This document shows, piece after piece, positions 53,427 to 64,000 of a DNA stretch of 64,000 nt; within the stretch, counting starts at the first letter, position 1; every line of letters begins with the position of its first letter. The notes beneath the pieces were generated by a model. It did no database searches and was not told the DNA's origin. It saw nothing but the letters and a program-made list of their open reading frames with translations. A program made the translations under genes and the position numbers. This DNA is from Camelus ferus (taxonomy: Eukaryota), in the NCBI RefSeq assembly GCF_009834535.1, contig NC_045696.1, positions 14,324,001 through 14,388,000 of the forward strand, written 5' to 3'.

Positions 53427-54284
53427 GCCTGCTCACAAAAGCACACACACACACACTCACACAGGCACGGATGCAATCTGTCACTGATCCGATAGGCTCC
53501 AAAGTGCATCTCAAATCATCTCTGCTGTCACCAGCCACCAAGAGGCACTGCCTCTTTGCTCTCTACTCACTGCTTCAAACTTGAGGGGAATTACTCTTCT
53601 GCACCCTGCTTGGCGCAAGAAAGAAGGGCTTTATACCAGCTCAGTGAGTTGCTTCTCAGTACTGTTCCCCACGTCGTGGCACCAGGCTTTCAAAACTGCT
53701 CCCACCTGCTTCAGCAGTCCTGCGTGTGACCAGTCCTCTCTGCTTTCTGTCTTTAAGAGATTTCTTATTTCCGCTCTCCTCTAATAGCAGTTGTTTTCTT
53801 TCTCCCCAAGATTGTTATGATTTGTTCTTTAGGGAAAAAAAAAGAAATTATCTCTTCTATCACTTTTAGGGATGTGAAGAAGGAGCAGGAGGTAGGCGCC
53901 TGTGTTGAGTCTGTAATTTTGATGCAATAGCCTTTCCAGAGTAATTTTCACTATATTATGCTGGCTCCCCCTAAAATCCATTTATAGACATTTTTCCTGG
54001 AACTCAATTCTGGCAGGGCCTTTTTAAAATGGTTCTTGTAAGCACTATGCAGCCACTGCAAGTTATATTTATGAAGAATATTTAATGACATGGCCAAATT
54101 CTGACCCTATAATGGTAAGTAATAAGGCAGTATAAAAACTATATATGAGTCTTCATCTTCCTTGAGGCAAAATTTTAAGCCATATTATTGAATGATATTT
54201 ACAAGGAAATAGAAAAGGAGGCTGGAAAGGGACCTTAGGAAAGCCCCAAGAGACTGAGAAGCAAGAAGTAGAAAGAGAAAATGC

Positions 54285-54385
54285 TACATATATATATATA
54301 TATATACACATACACACATATATACACATACATATTTAGAGCTAAAGATATACATATACATATATATTTATAGAGAGAGAGAGAG
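54285..54385. repeat. Compound (TA)n/(CA)n/(GA)n microsatellite
   Basis: Direct reading of the sequence. Confidence 0.9.
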
Positions 54386-54694
54386 AATGGCACTAAACAA
54401 GACTGTGGAAGTCCTGGGAGGCTTCCTGGAGTAAGACACAAGTGAGCTGATTCTTAAAGGTGAGTAGAAGAGATCCAAGAGAAGTGAGCGAAGGAATAAC
54501 AGACCAAAGGGTCAGTGGAGGAAAAGGCAGAGGATGAGAAAAGGATTGTAAACTTCAGGCTTTGAGACACTGATATGACACAAAAGGATGCATTTTTTAA
54601 TAATAAGCTTTTGTTTAATGAACTGGTGCTAATTGACTTTTCAATAAAGTGAAAAAAAAAGAAAATCTGAATGAAACCAATATGGTAGCCTTTT

Positions 54695-54772
54695 TAACAT
54701 TTTGTATTGATTTATAATCATTTTACAATGTTGTGTCAAATTCCAGTGTAGAGCACAATTTTTCAGCTATAC
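54695..54772 (-). mobile_element. ~80-bp L1 3' tip with perfect 13-bp TSD
   Basis: Matches the 3' end of the L1 at 26570-26650; TSD atggtagcctttt at 54682-54694 and 54773-54785. Confidence 0.9.
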
Positions 54773-56854
54773 ATGGTAGCCTTTTGATAGCAGCCAAACA
54801 GGCAATACCAACCTTGAACTGTCTCGGGAGCCGTGTCCTAGAGCCTGCTGCCCTCTGCAGGCCGTCATCAGCACAGGCACTGCCAGAGGAGCCGGGGACT
54901 CGGGCTGCCTCCAATTCTGGCATCACATGCAGGAGTCACCTAACTCTGAATCACCCCTGCTCTCTTTGTCCCAGTATCTTCTCAGGAATGATGCAGACAG
55001 GGGCCCACAGAGTGGTACCAGGAATTGTTAGCTCCCAGAAACCAGTTCATCAACCCTCATTAAATACCTTTAAGCTAACTCAGCTGTGTTTCCACTGGTC
55101 AGAGCAGAAATGGTCCTAGAACAATTATTCTAATGGGACCTTTGTCCACCCCTTCTTCCTATATTGTTCCATTCCTCAGTTTTATCAGAGAGGAATATAA
55201 CCCGGGCTTTAAGTAAGAACTGAGAGATGCCTATTGGCACAGTTAGTCCAAGAATGTCTATTTCCCCCATTTCCCAAGCAGAGAAACAAACTGGTTTCAT
55301 TCATTCATTCATTCGTTCATTTTAAAACCATTATCAGGACTCCCGAATTTAATGAAACAGTGAAGCCTAAATCACCTTGGCAGTGACTGGCCTTGTGTTC
55401 TATGTATTTCTTTGTATATGAATCAACAGAACACTCCTTTGTCAGTGAACAACAGTTGTATTAAAATCAGAATTTTTCCTACACCAGGCTTAATGCCCGC
55501 TATAAAACTGAACTTCGAAATTCAGAAAACTTGGAGATAACATCAAAACCAGCAGTGAATGAGGAGAGATCTTAAAGTACCACAGAAAAAAAGATCCTAA
55601 AAAAAAGTTTTGGCCTTATGATTCAAGAGAAATAACATCATTAAATGTATTTATTCAGAGAGTCAACAAATATCTATTCCACATCCTTTATGTTAAAAGG
55701 ACTTTCCTAGTCACCATTGAAAATATGAAGATTAAAACAGTCATGGACTTTTGGAAATTCGTGGGAGATAGGGGAAAATAAAGGTGATGGGTATGAGCTA
55801 TGCCTAATACCTAAGAACCCCCAGAGCCGTTAGGAGGGAAACCCCCTGACCTCCTTGCCTGGGTTGAGAGTGGGTGAGTGGGAGTCATACTGGAAACTTG
55901 AGATTCATGAAAACAGTGAGGAGAAGCTGTGGTGAAGGATGCCATGATAATAACCATGAAATAAAAATGAAAATAAAAGTCCAGTTAAGAGCACACACAC
56001 AAAAAAGCTTTATCTTTGAAATAACAGAGTTGGGTTAAAGAACCCACAGAGAAACAAAGTATTCGTATTAAGCCTGGAGAACCTAGCTGCCTTCCCAGGT
56101 CTAACAGAGAACTGAGACATCTCCTCACCAATAAAACCATACTTATTTTTAACTAGTCCCAGGCAAGTTGCCCAAATGTTTTTTAGCTATAAGCTATTTT
56201 CATCTTTTCTTTTCTGAGCACTCTCTTATGGCACAGATAGAAAATAGAACTATTCCAACACAAAGAGTCTGAGCATTGGATTAATATTTTAAAACCCTTT
56301 GAGGCATCTTCTAAAAGCCTATAAAATTCAGATTATTCCCTTAAGCAAGGAAGTGAAAACTCTCAATGTCACTATTTCACTGGGTAGGAAGAAAAGAAGT
56401 AGACAGTAGTGAAAAAAACTAAAATTGTGACCATTAGTCAAGATTAAGACCTGGATATTGTAAGTTCTAAAAATTATACTTTTTCTTTCTGGACACAAAT
56501 ATCATCCTTCTACTGCATTTGGAACATCAGTAGGGCTTCTGTAGACCCAAGAAAGACTCTTCTGACAGACTGGATATTACTAATATTATAATTAGCACCA
56601 ATAAGAATAGCAACAAAAATTATTGTTTATTTAATACTTAATATGTCTGGCACTCCTGTAAGTGTTTTACCTACATTATTTCTTGTAATTTTTACAAAAT
56701 CTCTAAGGATTACCTACTATTATTAGTCCCACATTACAACTGAGGACACTGAGGAAGAGAAGAGAAGTAATTTACCCAAGGTCCCATGGTTCTTAAGTGT
56801 CAGAGCTAGGCGTTGAACCCAAGTGGTCCAGGGGTATGATAAGAGCAAGTGATG

Positions 56855-57035
56855 GAAATGGGTAAACAACAGGTTCATACTGTAGAGCACAGGGAACCAT
56901 ATTCAATATCTTGTAGTAACTTATGGTGAAAGAGAATATGAAAATGAATATATGTATGTATGTGTATGATTGAAGCATTATACTGTACACCAGAAATTGA
57001 CATAACATTGTAAACTGACTCTACTTCAATAAAAA
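56855..57035 (+). mobile_element. Artiodactyl-type L1 3' end
   Basis: 'gggtaaacaacagg...ctgtagagcacagggaacc...ctgtacaccagaaattgacataacattgtaaactgactctacttcaataaaaa'. Confidence 0.85.
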
Positions 57036-58699
57036 TATGTAAATTCAAGGGTAAATGCTAGAATAAGTAAGAATCAAGTAAAACAATATTTTAGAACAAA
57101 ATCAAGGTTAAAGCTTGAGTCTGATCACATGAATCTGTATTTTGTATTATGATTTTATTGAACTTTTCAGCAGTAAACAGTGGCTCAGAAAGAAGGAGTA
57201 GAAGATAGGGATTCGTGTGTTCCCTAAGGCTGGGTTCTAGCGTCAGGCAAGGAGTTAAGGATGGTGAGAGATGCTGGACTCCCTCAAAAAGCAAAAATAA
57301 GTTGGGTAACAATGGTATCTAAATAAAACTGAACTGATGCGCACACATGAAGGGAATAGGAAAATAGCTTCTTTCATTGCACAACTTTCATAGAAGTACT
57401 TGTTTAATATTGTGAATTACTCATAAAGTCATCATCAGAAAAGGAAAATGGCACAACTCCCATAAAGGGCAATTTGACACTGTCTTGCAAAATTTCATAT
57501 GCATTTACTTTTTGACTCAGAGATTTCGTTCTGAGTATCTAACCCAATGATGCAATGACAAAAATTGGAAATGACATGTGCACAAGTTACTCATTGCATC
57601 GCTATTTGTAAAGGTAAACATTTGAAAACAACCCACACATCTACCAATAGTAGACAGACTGAGTAAGCTATCCTCCATCCTCACAACTTGTTAGTAACCA
57701 ACTCTAAAGTGAACAGGGAAAGATCTCTGTGTACCCACAGGGATTTATATTCAGAATTTACTAAGCAAAAATGGCACAATGCAAAGTATTTGCATCATAC
57801 TATCCCCTGGGTAAGACAGAGGGATATACAAGCATTGATCCATATTTGCTTACAACTTTTAAAAGAAAAAGTGTAAACATAAATCAAAAATGTATAAAAA
57901 TCGTTACCAATAGGTGCAAGGAGAGCAGGATGGAGGCGATAGGATATATCTCATTTTATATTTTTGACTTTGAAATCATATAACTCTTTTAATAAACTTT
58001 AAAAATTAAAAGGAAAGAAAAAGGCATCTGAAAATTGAAAGCAATGTGAAGCAAATGAATCTAACTAAATGTCATGTTGGTGGCATAAGAATTAGTTCAA
58101 ATGATTCTAACATACAGAATTTGGGCTGTGCATCCCTGCAGAGATAATATCCTAAAATGAAAAGAAAATTTTTTAAAAAAAAACTTAAAATTGTATTCAG
58201 TAATCTTATTGCTAGTAATAATATTTGTTTTGTTATTTTGAAACTATTATAGGTATAAGATAATGTAAATAATAAACTAGCTTAAGGAGGGGGGAAAGCT
58301 TAAAGTCAAAGAAGTTAAATAAAACTCTTTAAATTTAATTGGAAATATAAGGAAAAAATCCATTACATATTTTTCTCCTTAATAAAAGCACAGATTTCCT
58401 GGTTCTAGCTACTAAAATTGTTTACAATGACAGCTCGTAGCAATGAGGACAAACAGCACTCAGACTGTGTGCTTTTAGCATCTTTGTATCAAAAGCAAAG
58501 AACTCCTTAGGGATATGACCAATTCCAGGTGGGAAGCAGGAAATGTACAATATGCACCTGAGACATCTGTGTGACAGCCGGGGGTGGGGGGGGACGGGGA
58601 GAAGAAGGGAGAGGAGGGAGGGGAAGGAGAGGAGAGAGAAGGAGAGGGGAAAGAAAAAAAGGAGTAGCCTAAATCTCACCAAGCCTCTGAATCAGGATT

Positions 58700-58890
58700 C
58701 CTCAGCCTTGGTGCTATCGACATTTGAGGCCCAATCGTTCTTCGTGTGGGGGCTGCTCTGAGCAACGTATGTTTTTCCAGCAGCATCTGGGACCCTACAT
58801 ACTAGACACCAGTAGCACACCCTTCTTTGAGTCATGATGATCAAAGCTGTCTCCAGAGGGGGTCCAAGCCATCCCAGTTTAGAGACACTA
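58700..58890 (-). mobile_element. MER20 hAT element
   Basis: 'ctcagccttggtgctatcgacattt...cagcagcatc...cctacatactagacaccagtagcac...ccagtttagagacact'. Confidence 0.65.
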
Positions 58891-59734
58891 CTTTAGAGCT
58901 ACCATTTTGGAGTGTATAAAGGATACACAGAAACAAGTTAAATGAAGTACAGGGAAGCGATCAGCCACATCAAGGATGGGTTATCTCATTCCACTTCTCA
59001 TCAACAGTAAAGCTTTTTTGCCATCAGACTAGTTAGTGATGCAGAATCCCTACTTGATGATCTGCTTCCTAGGACTATTTCCTGTCCTAAACATCTCAGT
59101 GTTACTCCGGAAGCAGCAGATGAGATAAGGTTTGAGGACAAGTAGTTCATTTGGGAAGTGCATATAATATCGATAGGGAAGCAGGGAAGGGAGAAAGAAG
59201 GAAGAAAGAACAGAGAAAGAAGGAAGACAATACATAAAACAGTATTAAGCCATCTGGGAGCTAGTGCAAAACTCAAACCTAAGAATTAACTCTCTGAGAG
59301 CTGAGAAAGCTGGGGTTGTCATGCACCGATTCCCTCATACTGTTGGCTGGGGGCTATGCCTGCCATGTTGGTTCCTTGGCATTTCCAACCTGCTCTGTGC
59401 CAGAGCTCAACAATTCTCTGCAGTTCCAGAGAAAAGCACTCAGGCACGGAAATTACAGATCCTAGTGGTTCGCAACATGCTGGAAGGAGATAAGGAAATA
59501 TCAGCTATTTATAGTAAAATGACATTCAAGGTGTATTTTTAAATACACAAGTGAAAAAATGAGTGAAGTTAGGCCAAACAATATAGGCAAGGACTGATCA
59601 TTGTTGGTGATGCTGATGATGGTAGGAAGAATGTTTCTAGGAGTTATCTCTTGTTTTGTTTAAGTTTGAAATTTTTCATGTTAAAATTTAATAAAAATAA
59701 TAGCTCTACCTATCATATACTGTATTTTCTTAAT

Positions 59735-60253
59735 TTTTTATTGAAGTGTAGTTGATTTACAATGTTTCAGGTGTACAGCAAAGTGTTCAGTTATACATAC
59801 ATATCCATATATATTTTTTTCTTTTCAGATTCTTTTTCACTACATAGTATTACAAGAACTTGACTATAGTCCCCTGTGCTATACAGTAGGACCTTGTTGT
59901 TTACCTATTTTATATATAGTATTTCATATCTGCTAATCCCAAACTCCTAATTTATCCCTCCCTCTCTTTGCCCTTTGGTAACCATAAATTTGTTTTCTAT
60001 GTCTGCAAGTGTCTATTTTGTACATAAGTTCATTTGTATCATTTTTTTATATTCAATATATGTGATATTGTATGGTATTTGTCTTTGTCTGACTTACTTC
60101 ACTGAGTGTGATAATCTCTAGGTCCATTCATGTTGCTGCAAATGGCATTGTTTCATTCTTTTTTATGGCTGAGTAGTATTCCATCGTATATATATACACC
60201 ACGTCTTCTTTATCCAGTCATCTGTCGATGGACATTTAGGTTGCTTCCATGTT
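59735..60253 (-). mobile_element. Artiodactyl-type L1, 5'-truncated
   Basis: 'ttttttattgaagtgtagttgatttacaatg...gctatacagtaggaccttgttg...tttatccagtcatctgtcgatggacatttaggttgcttccat'. Confidence 0.9.
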
Positions 60254-63200
60254 GAACCCATTGCCTTCTCAGAGTTCCATCTCTCCTTTTTCATTTGCCC
60301 TAAGTATTGAGAATTCATAAATATCTATTAGCTTATTGGCTTCATCATCAATAAAGTAACAGATGAAAATTACATAATTCTAAATTTTTATACTGTAGTA
60401 GGATTCACAGGATTTGAATCTGATTTAAATAAGTACTTTTATTCTGACTCAACCTTAATATATTACTCCTATTAAAATATTAAAGCTAAGACAGATGTAG
60501 ATGAAAACAGTGTACAAAAAAAAGAGGTACATTCATGTTTATAATTTACAAGAAGAAAGTGAAAAAAAAAAAAACATTTTAGAAGGAAACAGGATATTAG
60601 GCACCAAAAGGAGAACTCTAATTCATTCATAATTTTTTGTATCTATAACTTTGAAAGATAGAGACAAAATGGCAGTCCTATGACTTTAAGAGAGTGCCAT
60701 TAAACCCCTGTACTAAAGAACAGGGATGTGTTTTGTAGGATATCTTCTGCTAAGTGTGAGAAATTCACATTAGTAGTTTACTATTAAATGGAAGATTACA
60801 TTTTCTTAAAGTATATTCATTTCTAACAATGAATAATGAACCCTATGAGAATTTTTTTTTAGTTTAACAGAGTTTATTTTGCAATGGCTTTATTTCACAA
60901 ATATATGAATAAAACTTAATCTAACTAACAGTCCCCCAAAGTTATCACAGCCCCTGAGTTATAGAAACCTGCTGTGCACATTGAAATTTTCCCTACCATT
61001 AGTGGAAAGTTCAACAGGAACTTACATGGGCATAATCATGTGGCGTGATATGTTTTAACATCTACATGAAGAGAAAAGGTTTTTCATTTAATTTTCTGAT
61101 ATTCTCAGAAACACTCTTCTGGATGTCATCTCTTAATAGAAAAATTGATTAAGAGGTTGACAGCGGGATAATAGGTTATTCTTTTGTATAAGTGCCATGT
61201 ACTCTTCAAGTCATTCATTCACTTTCAAAAACACTATTCCAAGAGATACTGCAATCTTGTCCTTTTACTTCCTTTCAAGGGAATATGAAACTTCTAAAAC
61301 ATCTTTCCAAGTGAATGCTTGAACTTCAGGGAGATATTAATGAATGAACCATCACATCTGTTCAAACAGCAAGCCAAAATGTGTGAGTTCTAGATCAGTT
61401 TGGAAGAAAAAAGAAAGAAAAGAAAATCTTTCTTCTTCGCTTTTGGTGAAGAAATACCATGGTCAAAAATGATTAAAAATTGTATGTCTTTCCTGCAATA
61501 TCACAATGGCTTCTAATATCTCTGCTTCAAGACTCTTTCTTCTTCCTACCCATTTTGCAGTTCTTCAAATGTGTCTTCGTAAAGTCCTGCACCATTTTGT
61601 TATTTGCCTCTTCAGCAGTTGTCATTGGGTCTCCATTGCTAAGTCCAAACCTCTCATTAGCTGCTAAGCTCCTCCACAGTCTGTCCCCAAACATTCCATC
61701 CACTAATCCTCTTCTTCTCTGTACACTGGGCAACAAGAATTGTCACCATTTCCATATATGCATTGCTGATTCCTATTCTAAAAATTTAGTTCTTGTTGAC
61801 CCTTCTTCCTGGAATGGCCCCTTCTCTAAAATCATCTCTGCCTTTGAGATACTCCCGTTTTAATCCCAATTCAGTTAGATGCCATTTCTTCTAAGAAAGT
61901 AAATGGATCAGCCTATCGGAAGTCATTTTGGCTAGCTCTTTGACCCACTTTAGAAAAATATATCCCTTTTATTTTTTACCTAAATTTAGACTTGAATGAC
62001 CTGAATTAGATCATGAGGTCCTTAATGGAAGAACTGGAGACAGTTCACTTAGAGCTACCTTGCTGTGGGTTTGCCAAAGTTCCAATGAAGGTGAGTTATA
62101 CAACAGGAGGAAATCAGCCCACCATCCCGACCAGCTGAACTCTCTCACAGCAGATAACATCGAATGATTGCTGCTGTGCTGAGCCGGGTGAGACATGTGG
62201 GTGAAACTTTGGGAAACTGAGAGAATTATAAATTACCTTACCTCTAACAACAGGGATAACAGGACATGTCGTAGAGGAAATTGCCCAGAAGGAACGAGGA
62301 GGGTTGGAACAAGCATGTCTGGAGAGGAAGGCAAAGAGGAGGCAGAGAAGGATGGAAAGTAGGAAACGAAAAGGTGAAAACAATGCAAATGAGAAGAAAT
62401 CAAGTGGTAGATTCGAAGTGGGGTGGAACTCCAGAGGAGGGAACGATGGAAAGAGGGGTTTCAGGAACTTTAATTGCAACGTGTACAAGATAATCCCTTC
62501 TTCTTCATTCTCACCAAATGCCTTGACATTGAAATTTGGGGTGATATGACTGGCATTAAGTCAGCCCTGGGTAAGAGCAGCTGATGCACAGGAGCCTGGT
62601 TACAATGTGTTACAATTAATTCCAGAAGAATCACACTAAATCACAGTATCATTTGTCGACTTGGGTATTCATACAGATTCTGCTAAAGCTAGAGTTTTAG
62701 CAAACACTGCATGAAGGTTTGATTCACTCTTTCTCTACTATTAATTTCATCATCTTCGTAAGATTGTACCTGTATAAAATGAAACTCATCAGGTATTATT
62801 AAAGAAAGACTGTGTTCCATCTAACATTCAGAATTGTGGAAGCAGAATCCATTTGCAGAATTGGTCCTGGACAAAATTTGGTTTTATTTAGGTGGGCTGT
62901 ATTTTACATTAGCAAAGTGCATTACTTTTTGACTCACTAAGGAATAAAAACTAAATAAATAAATTCCTCTGTCTCTAGTAAGAATCATAACTGAGATTAA
63001 CAGAAGTTTAAGTCAGCGAGTTTTTTACTACCATATTAATAAATGTATATTTTGTCTGCCAAGGAAGCTTCAAGGCACTGTGAGTCCCATTCATTTTAAT
63101 ACTTAACACCATACTCTAAAATTGCATCTGTCTTTTCTCATCAAATTTTCATTCTCTCAGGGCCAAACAACCCCAGTCAGGTATAAACAGCAGGATGTGG

Positions 63201-63560
63201 GGTTTAGAGAATAGGTGGAAGAATCTGAATAAGTCAATATTATTAAATTAATTTATAAGACCATCAATCTTTAATTGATGAAAGTTCAGTCACAGAAGAA
63301 GGGAAGAATTTCAGAAAGTGGAAATTTCACTTCTTTCAAGAGGCCTTTAAGAATGCCATAAATCGCTCCCTGGGTACTATTCCATCTACAGTGAAGTGGA
63401 GGCTCCTTGTGGGAGAGAATCTGCAATATTCAATATTCTCTCCCAGCCCCACTTGGGCAGAAAAGGTATTAGTCTAGTCAAAACTTGGCTAATGAAGAAT
63501 GGTGACATTTAAAATAACATGCTGGCTTCCACACTTTGAGAATTAAAAATCTTGAGACTG

Positions 63561-63649
63561 GGGGGAGGGTATAACTCAAGTGGGTTCAATCCCCAGTACC
63601 TCCTCTAAAAAAAATAAATAAACCTAATTACTTCCACCAAAACCCACTG
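63561..63649 (+). mobile_element. tRNA-derived SINE (camelid Vic-1-like), internally deleted
   Basis: 'ggggagggtataactcaagtgggttcaatccccagtacctcctctaaaaaaaataaataaacctaattac'; perfect 15-bp TSD aaaatcttgagactg at 63546-63560 and 63650-63664. Confidence 0.8.
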
Positions 63650-64000
63650 AAAATCTTGAGACTGAATCTTGGTCTGAGATGAATTCAAGATCTCACCCAA
63701 TGGAGTTAAGAATGAATATGCACCATCACATTTTAGCAAAGGCTTGATCACTTACATAAGGTATATACATTCAGCACACTGCTTATTATTGTCAGCTAAG
63801 AGTAAATGCTTTGAAGACAATAGATACGAAGATGATTCCTTGAGCTGCCTGCAATTGGCAGGCTGAAGGTACACCACTGACACAATTTAAATAAGTGAAA
63901 AGATGTGAACGCCACAGTTGTTTTACCAGTTGTGACTATTTATTGGAAAACAAAAGTAGAAAATCTTTACCTCCTTTAAACAGAGCAAACAGAGAAAAAT

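Noticed and set aside
61480..62549. ORFs of 61-127 aa as KRTAP11-1 or another gene
   Set aside because: No Cys/Ser/Thr-rich KAP11 signature or other homology recognised; KRTAP11-1 is expected further along, outside the window.
63561..63605. tRNA gene
   Set aside because: Lacks the anticodon arm and has an A-rich tail and TSD, so it is a SINE.
1..64000. CRISPR arrays, operons or other prokaryotic systems
   Set aside because: The sequence is mammalian; no regularly spaced repeats or dense coding regions are present.

Overview
AT-rich mammalian genomic DNA, most likely a camelid (camel, llama or alpaca). This is inferred from a tRNA-derived Vic-1-like SINE, a young L1 3'UTR of camelid type, and no recognisable Alu, Bov-A/tA or PRE1 elements. 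The window covers part of the high-glycine/tyrosine keratin-associated protein (HGT-KRTAP) cluster. It has two intact single-exon genes on the minus strand, KRTAP8-1 (30800-30991) and KRTAP7-1 (46191-46454), each with a TATA box, a LEF1/HK-1 site and a poly(A) signal. Manual translation shows at least three dead HGT-KAP paralogues that the ORF track misses: a 192-bp KRTAP8-2-like copy with two TAG stops and an intact promoter (19643-19834), a 191-bp frameshifted KRTAP8-like copy (22492-22682), and an older KRTAP19/20/21-type relic (~14012-14262). The remainder is interspersed repeats (L1, L2, MIR, MaLR/ERV LTRs, hAT and Tigger elements). Several retrotransposition oddities stand out: a GC-rich sequence fused to an L1 tail, a twin-primed L1, two poly(A)-only insertions and an internally deleted SINE. 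I found no wholly new biological system. Repeat family names come from recalled consensus sequences, and their boundaries are approximate.
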